From contig CAWEEP010000056.1 of NCBI GenBank assembly GCA_963808125.1, positions 19,759 through 83,758 of the forward strand: 64,000 nt of DNA, in the 5' to 3' direction. The stretch comes from Candidatus Dormiibacterota bacterium. Its GTDB lineage: Bacteria; Chloroflexota; Dormibacteria; Aeolococcales; Aeolococcaceae. The notes below the pieces were generated by a model. That model worked only from the letters and a program-made list of their open reading frames with translations. It was not told the origin of the DNA and ran no database searches. Within the stretch, counting starts at the first letter, position 1, and each line of letters starts with the position of its first letter. Below are positions 28,754-38,902 of the stretch, one piece after another. The position numbers and the translations under genes are program-made.

Positions 28754-30161
28754 CTACTCGGTCACCGCCCGCCGCCGGGCCACCAGGCGGAGCCGGACGC
28801 CGGAGAAGCCGAAGGCGCTCCGGATGCGGTTCTCCAGGTAGCGCTGATACGAGAAGTGGAGCAGGTCGGGATCGTTGACGAAGAGCACGATGGTGGGGTT
28901 GGGCGTGCTCGCCTGGGTGGCATAGAGGCATACGGCGGCGACCCTGTGGAAGGGCGGCGGACGGTCGTCGACGGCCTTGCGGATGACCTGATCGAGGGCG
29001 CCGGTCGGCATGCGGAAGGCGCGAGCGTTGGCGACCCTCCTGGGCGGCGTCCAGCACCCGCGAAACGTCTGCGCCCAGCGTGGCGCTCGCCGTCAGGAGC
29101 GGGCGCCGGCACGAAGCGAAGGCGTCGGCGATCTTCTCAGCGTCTTCGGGTCGGAGCGGTCCTCGCGGAGACGAGATCCCACTTGTTGGCGATGATGACG
29201 ACGCCCTTTCCCGAGGTCGGCGGCGTAGCCGGCGACGTGGCGGTCCTGGCCACCGTGCCGTCGGGAGCAGTCGATGACCACCAGGGCGACGTCGCTGCGC
29301 TCCAGCGAGTGCATGGCCCGGAGCAGGCTGTAGTGCTCGATGTCGGTGCTGACCAGCCCGCGGCGGCGGATGCCCGCCGTGTCCACCAGGCGGAACTGGC
29401 GGCCGCCGTGCTCGATGAGGGTGTCCACGGCGTCCCGTGTGGTGCCGGCGACCGACGACACCAGCGCCCTCTCCTGGCCCACCAGGGCGTTGAGCAGCGA
29501 CGACTTACCGACGTTGCGGCCGCCGATGATGGTGACACGGAGCTCGTCCGGCTGCACCTCGTCGGCGCCCACCGGCGGTGGAGGCGGTCGACGACGTCGT
29601 CGAGGAGGTCGCCCGTGTCGGTGCCGGAGAGGGCGGAGATGAGGCGCGGCTCGCCGAGGCCGAGGCGGTACAGCTCGTGCGCGTCAGTGGGGGTCGCCGG
29701 GGGCGTCCGCCTTGTTGCCGGCGAGGATCACCGGCGCACGACCGGTGCGGAGGATGGCGGCGGCGTCCTCGTCGAGGCCGGTCACGCCGGCGCGGATGTC
29801 CACCATGAGGATGCAGACGTCGGCCTCGGCGATGGCCATCCGCGCCTGCTCCTGCGTTCCCCGCGTCAGCTCGGCGATGCCGGCGTCGTCCTTCACAAGC
29901 TGCGGGTCGAGGCCGGCGGTGTCGACGACGGTGAAGCGCCGGCCCCGCCACTCGGCGAACTCCGTAGAGGCGGTCGCGGGTGAGCCCGGCGGTCTCGTCC
30001 ACGATTGCCTGCCGGTGTCCGGTGAGACGGTTGAAGAGCGTGGACTTGCCGACGTTGGGCCGCCCGACGATGGCCACGATGCCGCTCGGCGGCGCCAGCG
30101 ACGGGTCTTCGCCGCGGCGTCTGGCGTGGCGTTGGGGCAGCGTCCCCGCCACCCGGCTCAC
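28754..30161 (-). pseudogene. der: ribosome-assembly GTPase Der/EngA, multiple frameshifts
   Basis: GTPase domain 1 is [19 protein letters not shown] (ORF 29505..30221) plus [17 protein letters not shown] (ORF 29684..29896). Domain 2 is [27 protein letters not shown] (ORF 29093..29572). The KH-like C-terminus is in ORF 28754..29011. Confidence 0.85.
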
Positions 30162-30183
30162 CGTGCCCCCTCCCACACGCGGG

Positions 30184-30621
30184 TCACGACGCGACCTCCA
30201 CGGCCACCTGCTGGAAGGCACCGCCCTCCCCTTCGAGGCGGAATCCGTTCAGATCGCCACTGCCACCCTTCGTGGTGTTGACGATCACGTAGGCGTAGTC
30301 GACCCAGGCGCGATCGGTGTCGAACTGCGAAGGCCGGGCGGGGTGGTCGGGATGGCTGTGCCAGAAGCCGACCACGTCGAGGCCGAGACCGCGGGCACGG
30401 CGGTCGGCGGCCGCGATGTCGGCGGGATCGAGGTCGTAGCGGTCGCGCAGGCGCTCGGTCCAGAGGTTCCGCCCGGCGGTCGCCTCGCGAACCGCAACCT
30501 CCCCGGCGTCGAGGGAGGCGCCGATGAGCACGCCGCAGCCCTCGTGCGGGTAGGCGGCCTCGGCGAGGCGGCGGATGGCCGCCTGGGCGGAGGCGACCAG
30601 CCGGACGGCGGGGAGGGTCAC
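30184..30621 (-). CDS. mec: JAMM/MPN+ metalloprotease (Mec-type CysO-cysteine peptidase)
   Basis: Intact 145 aa ORF with HEGCGVLIG and the JAMM motif [13 protein letters not shown]. It overlaps the cysM stop by 4 nt. Confidence 0.7.
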   Translation of the reverse strand: MTLPAVRLVASAQAAIRRLAEAAYPHEGCGVLIGASLDAGEVAVREATAGRNLWTERLRDRYDLDPADIAAADRRARGLGLDVVGFWHSHPDHPARPSQFDTDRAWVDYAYVIVNTTKGGSGDLNGFRLEGEGGAFQQVAVEVAS

Positions 30622-31577
30622 GGCGGGGTCATGCCGTACAGGCCGCGGCTGACGTAGCGGTCGCCGCCGTCGCAGAAGATGGTGACGACCACCCCGTGGT
30701 CCAGCTGCCGGCCGAGCTCGCGGACGGCGTAGAGGTTGGCGCCACTGCTGTGCCCCACCACGACGCCTTCGGATTCGGCCAGCTGGCGGGCCAGGGCATA
30801 CAACTCCTCGGTGGGGGCGCCGATGTGCTGGTCGGCGAGGCCGGGCTCGTAGATGCCGGGGACGATGGAGGTGGCCATGTGCTTGAGGCCCTCGAGGCCA
30901 TGCCAGGGCCCCTGCGGTTCGACGGTGACGAGATGGACCTCGGGGTTCAGCTCGCGCAGGCGCCGGCCGGTGCCCATGAACGTGCCCCCCGTTCCCAGGG
31001 CGGCCACGAAGTGCGTCACCGAACCCTGCGTCTGGGCCCAGATCTCGTTGGCCGTGCCGTGGTAGTGGGCACGCCAGTTGTCGGGGTTGTTGTACTGATC
31101 GGGCATGAAATAGCGGTCGGGATCCCTCGCCAGGACGTCCTGGCAGAGGCGGATGGCGCCGTCGCTCCCCTCCATGGGATCGCTGTAGATGATCTCGGCC
31201 CCGAGGGCCTTGACCAGGGCCTTGCGTTCGTCGCTGACGTTGGCCGGCATGACGAGGCGGACGCGATAACCCTTGACGGCGCCGATCATGGCGTACGCGA
31301 CACCGGTGTTGCCGCTGGTGGAGTCGAGGATCACCCGATCCGGGGTCAGTCGCCCATCCCGCTCGGCCTCAGTGATCATGCGCAGCGCCGGCCGGTCCTT
31401 CACCGAGCCGCCCGGGTTGCGGTACTCCGCCTTGGCGTACACCTGGACGTCGGGAAACTCGTCGTCGAAGAGGCGGATGCGGAGGAGCGGCGTGTTGCCC
31501 ACCAGGTCGAGCACGCCGCTGCCGAGGGAAGGGGGGAGCACGGCGAGGCGCGGATCGGAGAGGGGCATGCCAGCCAT
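30618..31577 (-). CDS. cysM: cysteine synthase B-type (CysM/O-phosphoserine sulfhydrylase-like)
   Basis: NPGGSVKDRPA (PLP lysine), STSGNTG and GTGGTFMG. The start at MAGMPLS lies inside ORF 30618..31697. It is paired with mec. Confidence 0.8.
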   Translation of the reverse strand: MAGMPLSDPRLAVLPPSLGSGVLDLVGNTPLLRIRLFDDEFPDVQVYAKAEYRNPGGSVKDRPALRMITEAERDGRLTPDRVILDSTSGNTGVAYAMIGAVKGYRVRLVMPANVSDERKALVKALGAEIIYSDPMEGSDGAIRLCQDVLARDPDRYFMPDQYNNPDNWRAHYHGTANEIWAQTQGSVTHFVAALGTGGTFMGTGRRLRELNPEVHLVTVEPQGPWHGLEGLKHMATSIVPGIYEPGLADQHIGAPTEELYALARQLAESEGVVVGHSSGANLYAVRELGRQLDHGVVVTIFCDGGDRYVSRGLYGMTPP

Positions 31578-31641
31578 TATCGATGACCCCCGATCTCGGG
31601 CCGCTTCGCCGCCATCGGCGCGCCGGCCGTGCCGGTGAGGC

Positions 31642-31887
31642 TCAGCCCTTGGCCCCGGAGGCGCCGACCCGGAACCCGGCGCTGCCTCGGTGGGCATCCG
31701 GGAAGAGGGCGACGATGGCTGCGGGGCGGATCCGGATGGGGCCGCCCTCGGCTGGCAGCTCGACGAATCCCGCCTTGTCGGCCGGCCGCTCCAGCGCCTT
31801 CAGGGTCTCCTCCACGGAGAGGCTGACGACGGTGTCGGGGCCGTTGCTGAGCCGGATGGTGGTCATGGCCCTGCGCTCCTCGCTCAT
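31642..31887 (-). CDS. small hypothetical protein (possibly DUF3107-like); not a GG-terminated sulfur carrier
   Basis: 81 aa ORF: MTTIRLSNGPDTVVSLSVEETLKALE..IRIRPAAIVALFPDAHRGSAGFRVG.., ending ..GAKG*. The family call is from memory only. Confidence 0.4.
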   Translation of the reverse strand: MSEERRAMTTIRLSNGPDTVVSLSVEETLKALERPADKAGFVELPAEGGPIRIRPAAIVALFPDAHRGSAGFRVGASGAKG

Positions 31888-31995
31888 CGCTTCCCCGCCA
31901 TCGTAGCCGCAACGGAGCCCGAAGCCGTGCCGTCCCGGCGGGGACCCGGGGGCCCCGCGCGGGCGGCGGCGGTCATGCCGGGCGGCGGCGCCCCG

Positions 31996-34237
<2,242 letters not shown>

Positions 34238-34241
<4 letters not shown>

Positions 34242-35641
34242 CGGGTCGCCGGGGTGCGCCGCTGCAGCGAGCGTGCGAGGTCGTCCCACAGCCTTGTCAC
34301 GGTGCGAAGCCCTCCGTCGAACTGGTCGAGGTCCCATTTCTCGTTGGGAGCGTGGATGCGGTCGTCGGGGAGACCGAAGCCGATGAGCACCGAGGGGAGG
34401 TCGAGCAGACGGTCGAACATCTCCACCGGCGGGACCGATCCCCCCATCCGGGTGAAGAACGGGTCGGCGCCGAAGACCTCGCGCACGGCCCGTGCCGCCG
34501 CCCGCACCGCCGGATGGTCAACCGAGGTCACCACCGGGTTGTTGCCGCTGCCGAGCGTCACCGTGGTGCTCACCGCCTCCGGGGTTGCCGCCTCCAGCGC
34601 CGCCCTGACCTTGAGGGCGATGTCGTCGGGACGCTGATGGGGCACCAGCCGGCACGTGACCTTCGCCCAGGCGCTGGCCGGGACGATCGTCTTGGGGCCG
34701 GGGCCCTGATAGCCGCCGCCGAAGCCGTTGATCTCCAGGGTGGGGCGCACGCTGGTGCGCTCCATGGTGGTGTAACCGCCTTCCCCGAACGTGGCGGGCA
34801 CGCCGCCCGCCTCCTCCCGGTAGGTGGCCTCGTCGAAGGGCAGATCGGCGATCTGGGCGCGCTCCTCGGGGCTCAGCTCCTGGACGTCGTCGTAGAAGCC
34901 GGGAACCGTCACCCGGCCCGTGGCGCCGTCGCGCAGGGAGGCGAGGATGCGCGCGAGGGCCTCCAGGGGGTTGAGCACGGAGCCGCCGAAGTGGCCGGAG
35001 TGGAGGTCCAGGGAGGGGCCACTGACCTCGACCTCCAGGTCGACGAGACCGCGGAGCCCGACGCAGATCGACGGCTGGCCGCGACCGTGCATGGCGGTGT
35101 CGGAGACGACGCAGACGTCGGCGGCGAGCCGCCCCGCCTCGGCCTGGATGAGCTCCTCGAAATGGGCGGAGCCGATCTCCTCCTCGCCCTCGACGATCAG
35201 CTTCAGGTTGAGGGGGAGCTCGCCGCGGACCCGCACGTGGGCCTCGACCGCCTTGAGATGCATCCAGATCGGGCCCTTGTCGTCGGAGGCGCCGCGGCAG
35301 CGGAGCTGGCCCCCCTCGATGCGGGGGTCGAAGGGCGGCGATGTCCATTGGTCCAGGGGGTCGGCGGGCTGGACGTCATGGTGCCCGTAGATCAGAGCGG
35401 TGGGCAGGGATGGGTCCACCATCCGCTCGGCGTAGACGGCGGGCTGACCCGCGGTCTCGATCAACCGCGCGGTGGTGAAGCCGGCGGCGAGGGCGCCGGC
35501 GGCCAGGTGCTCGGCGCTGCGCCGCACGTCGGCGGCGTGGGCCGGGTCGGCGGAGATCGAGGGGATGCGGCAGAATTCCCTCAGCTCGTCGAGGAAGTGC
35601 TCCCGGTTGGCCGCGCAGTAGTCATCCAGATCCTGGCTCAC
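34238..35641 (-). CDS. M20-family dipeptidase/deacylase
   Basis: Intact 467 aa ORF with IYGHHDVQP and CRGASDDKGP, which are M20 metal-ligand motifs. Confidence 0.85.
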
Positions 35642-35757
35642 GGCGTCGAGCGTACCGCGGCGCGGTGACCTCGTGAGGCACGATCGCCCGACCTGGTGTA
35701 GCCTTCGCGGGGTCTGACCTCTACTCCACCCAACGTCTTTGCAGGAGGTTGTTCCTC

Positions 35758-36297
35758 ATGGCGGTTCAGGCACGTCCCCCAGAGTCCCTGGGCCTCGCCT
35801 ATCCGAGGCCTCCCCAGGCGCCCGCCCTGCCCCCGGGGCCGTTTCCGGAGCCGGACGGCCGCGCCCTCGAGCTGCTCGGCCGCCGCGTCTACCCCGCGCC
35901 CCCTCCGGCCGACGAGGGCACGCGATTCGCCATCGATCAGGCGGTCGACGCCGCCATCCTCCCCCACCAGCTCCACGAGATCGACCAGGTCCTCGAGATC
36001 GCCCGGCTCCACGAGCTCCGCGTCGAGAAGGATTCGCGGATCTCGGTCCTAGAGCGGGGACTGGCGCAGTGGCGGGAGAGGGCCCGCGCCGAGGGTGAGG
36101 CCCGTCTGGCGAGTGAGCAGCTGGCCCACGAGCGCGAGACCGAACTGATCCGCGTGCTCCACCAGCAGATCATGGTCATCGACAGTGCCGAGCAGGGCAA
36201 CCAGATGGCCATGGCCCGCGTCCACGAGCTGGAGTCCGCCATCGCGGACCTGGAGCAGCGTCTCCGCGGCTGGCACCCCTTCCGCCGGGGGCGCTGA
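35758..36297 (+). CDS. hypothetical Pro-rich / coiled-coil protein
   Basis: ORF 35749..36297 with its second Met at 35758. The C-terminal half is heptad-like. No recognised family. Confidence 0.45.
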   Translation: MAVQARPPESLGLAYPRPPQAPALPPGPFPEPDGRALELLGRRVYPAPPPADEGTRFAIDQAVDAAILPHQLHEIDQVLEIARLHELRVEKDSRISVLERGLAQWRERARAEGEARLASEQLAHERETELIRVLHQQIMVIDSAEQGNQMAMARVHELESAIADLEQRLRGWHPFRRGR

Positions 36298-36306
36298 CCA
36301 GAGGCC

Positions 36307-37479
36307 TCAGCAGATCCTCGGCAGGGGATCGCCGATGAGCATGTCGACGACGCGGGTGCCGCCGAACCCCGTGTGCACGAAGACCATGCCCTCGGGCTCG
36401 CGGAGCACCTCCCCGATGACGGCCGCCTCGGCCGCTTCGGGACGTGAGCGCATGATCGCGAGCGCCTCGGCCGCCTGCGCCGCGGGCAGGATCGCCACCA
36501 GCTTGCCCTCGTTGGCGATGTAGAGGGGGTCGATGCCGAGGATCTCGGCGACACCCCGCACCTCGTCGTGGACGGGCAGCGCTACCTCCTCGATGGCAAT
36601 GGCCAGCCCCGACCCCTGGGCGATCTCGTTGAGCACCGTGGCGACGCCGCCGCGGGTGGCGTCGCGCATGAAGTGGACGTCGATGCCCGCGTGCAGCAGG
36701 GCGGCGGTGAGGCGATGCAGCGGCGCCGTGTCGCTGCGCAATCCCGGGGCCTCGAGATCGAGGTCGCCGCGCGCCAGCATGACGGTGGCGCCGTGGTCTC
36801 CCATGGCGCCGCTGAGCAGCACAGCGTCGCCGCTCTCGATGCGGTGCATCCCCAACCGCCGACCGCCGGTGACGATGCCGACGCCGGTGGTGGTGACGAA
36901 GAGCCGGTCGGCCTTGCCCCGGGGCACGACCTTGGTGTCGCCGGTGACGATGGCGACACCGGCCCGGTCGGCGGCGGCGCGCATGGATTCCACCACCCGG
37001 CGGAGCGTGGCCATGTCCAGGCCCTCCTCCAGGATGAAGGCTGCGGCGAGGCCGAGCGGGACCGCACCGCCGACGGCGAGGTCGTTGACGGTGCCGTTGA
37101 CGGCCAGCTCCCCGATGTCGCCGCCGGGGAAGAAGAGAGGGCTGACGACGAAGGTGTCGGTGGTCAAGGCGAGCAGCGAGTCGGTGCCCGGGATGGGTAG
37201 CAGCGCCTGGTCACCGAGCTCGTCGAGGGCGGGGTTGCTGAACACGTCGGCGAAGAGCGCCGACACCAGGGTGTGGCTCGCCTTGCCGCCGGCGCCGTGG
37301 CTCATGGTGACGGCGCCGTCGCGCAGCACCGGCTTGCGCTTGCGGACCAGCGCGATGCGCCGCAGGACCTGGGCCTCGGCGTCGCCGACGCCGGCGGTGG
37401 CCGCCTTCACCGAATGAGCGGTGGGCGATGCCTGCACCGCCGGCGACGGGTCAGATGGCCCCCCCACGCCCCGGCTCAT
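36307..37479 (-). CDS. hypE: [NiFe]-hydrogenase maturation protein HypE
   Basis: The C-terminal part of ORF 36307..38541 reads ..MSHGAGGKAS.., TTDTFVVSPLFFPGGDIG, ..GDTKVV.. and ends in the canonical PRIC*. The ATG at 37479 overlaps the hypD stop (ATGA). A later start nearer MSHGAGG is possible. Confidence 0.9.
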   Translation of the reverse strand: MSRGVGGPSDPSPAVQASPTAHSVKAATAGVGDAEAQVLRRIALVRKRKPVLRDGAVTMSHGAGGKASHTLVSALFADVFSNPALDELGDQALLPIPGTDSLLALTTDTFVVSPLFFPGGDIGELAVNGTVNDLAVGGAVPLGLAAAFILEEGLDMATLRRVVESMRAAADRAGVAIVTGDTKVVPRGKADRLFVTTTGVGIVTGGRRLGMHRIESGDAVLLSGAMGDHGATVMLARGDLDLEAPGLRSDTAPLHRLTAALLHAGIDVHFMRDATRGGVATVLNEIAQGSGLAIAIEEVALPVHDEVRGVAEILGIDPLYIANEGKLVAILPAAQAAEALAIMRSRPEAAEAAVIGEVLREPEGMVFVHTGFGGTRVVDMLIGDPLPRIC

Positions 37480-38624
37480 CGCCCGCCGGCCTCCGGCGGC
37501 CGCGCCAGGGCGCGCTCGCGGTCCCGCGCCCGCGAGTAGCGGCCGAAGGTGTAGTAGGCGGCGCACGCCCCCTCCGACGACACCATGCATGTCCCGATCG
37601 GCGTCTCTGGGGTGCACGCCGTGCCGAAGACCTTGCACTCCCAGGGCTTGATGGCGCCCTTGAGGACCTCGCCGCACTGGCACACCGTGGGATCGGCGAC
37701 GCGCACGCCGGGAACCTGGAAGGCCCTCTCCGCATCGTGGGCGGCGAACTCCTCGCGCAGCTCGAAAGCGCTGCTCGGGATCATGCCCAGGCCCCGCCAC
37801 TCGAACTGAGGGCGGAGCTGGAAGACGCGCTCCATCACCTCCAGAGCGCGGGGATTGCCCTGGTCGTGGACGACGCGGCGGTACTGGTTCTCCACCTCGC
37901 AGCGGCCTTCGACCAGCTGGCGGATGAGCATGTGGAGGCCCTGCAGGATGTCGAGGGGCTCGAAACCGATGACCACCACGGGGAGCCCGTAGTGGCTGGC
38001 GATGACCTCGTACGGATGGATGCCGATGACGGTGGAGACGTGGCCGGGACCGAGGAACCCGTCGAGGCACAGCTCCGGCGCCTCGACGATGGCGGTCATG
38101 GGCGGAATGATGGTGACGTGGTTGCAGAAGACGAGGAAGTTGCTCCGTCCCTCGGCCTTGGCGCGGAGCAGCGTCAGCGCCGTCGACGGCGCCGTGGTCT
38201 CGAAGCCGATGGCGAAGAAGACGACCCGCCGATCGGGATTCTGCTCGGCGATCTTGAGGGCGTCGAGCGGCGAGTAGACCATGCGCACGTCGGCGCCGGC
38301 GGCCTTGGCGTCGAGCAGGCTGCCGTGGCTCCCCGGCACCCGCATCATGTCGCCGAAGCAGGTGAAGATCACCCCCTCCTGGCGGGCGACGGCGATGCCG
38401 TCGTCCACCCGGCCCATGGGGATGACGCAGACCGGGCAGCCGGGACCGTGCACCAGCTCGACATTGCCGGGCAGCAGGTCCTCGATGCCGTACTTGAAGA
38501 TGGCGTGGGTGTGCCCGCCGCACACCTCCATGAACTTCCAATGCCGGTCGCCCGCCTCATCGGCGATGCGGTCGGCCACCCGGCGCGCCACGGCGCCGTC
38601 GCGGAACTCGTCGGCGAACTTCAC
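37476..38624 (-). CDS. hypD: [NiFe]-hydrogenase maturation protein HypD
   Basis: Intact 382 aa ORF with MEVCGGHTH, GPGCPVCV, GFETTAP and a C-terminal Cys cluster. Its GTG start overlaps the hypC stop. Confidence 0.93.
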   Translation of the reverse strand: MKFADEFRDGAVARRVADRIADEAGDRHWKFMEVCGGHTHAIFKYGIEDLLPGNVELVHGPGCPVCVIPMGRVDDGIAVARQEGVIFTCFGDMMRVPGSHGSLLDAKAAGADVRMVYSPLDALKIAEQNPDRRVVFFAIGFETTAPSTALTLLRAKAEGRSNFLVFCNHVTIIPPMTAIVEAPELCLDGFLGPGHVSTVIGIHPYEVIASHYGLPVVVIGFEPLDILQGLHMLIRQLVEGRCEVENQYRRVVHDQGNPRALEVMERVFQLRPQFEWRGLGMIPSSAFELREEFAAHDAERAFQVPGVRVADPTVCQCGEVLKGAIKPWECKVFGTACTPETPIGTCMVSSEGACAAYYTFGRYSRARDRERALARPPEAGGR

Positions 38625-38899
38625 GGCGCGCTCCGAGAGCCGCGGATCTGCTCGATCTCGTCGTTGTAGGCGGCCCCCATCTCCTCCAGGAGGGCGAGCG
38701 TCTCGGTTGCCTCCTCCTCGCTGATGCGAGAGAGGGCGAAGCCGACGTGGATGAGCACGTACTCCCCCGGTTCGGTGGCGTCCTCGCCGGTGAGCATCGA
38801 CGTGTTGACCTGCCGGTTCACCCCGCCCAGCTCCACCCGCGCGTAGTTGCGGTCATTGTCGACATATTCGACGAGGCGGGCCGGGATGGCCAGGCACAT
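38621..38899 (-). CDS. hypC: [NiFe]-hydrogenase maturation chaperone HypC
   Basis: 92 aa ORF starting MCLAIPARLVE..; ..GEYVLIHVGFAL... Confidence 0.9.
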   Translation of the reverse strand: MCLAIPARLVEYVDNDRNYARVELGGVNRQVNTSMLTGEDATEPGEYVLIHVGFALSRISEEEATETLALLEEMGAAYNDEIEQIRGSRSAP

Positions 38900-38902
38900 C
38901 GG

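Noticed and set aside
31642-31887. Small ORF upstream of cysM as the CysO sulfur carrier
   Set aside because: It ends ..GAKG rather than GG and lacks ThiS/MoaD-like sequence features. It is kept only as a hypothetical protein.
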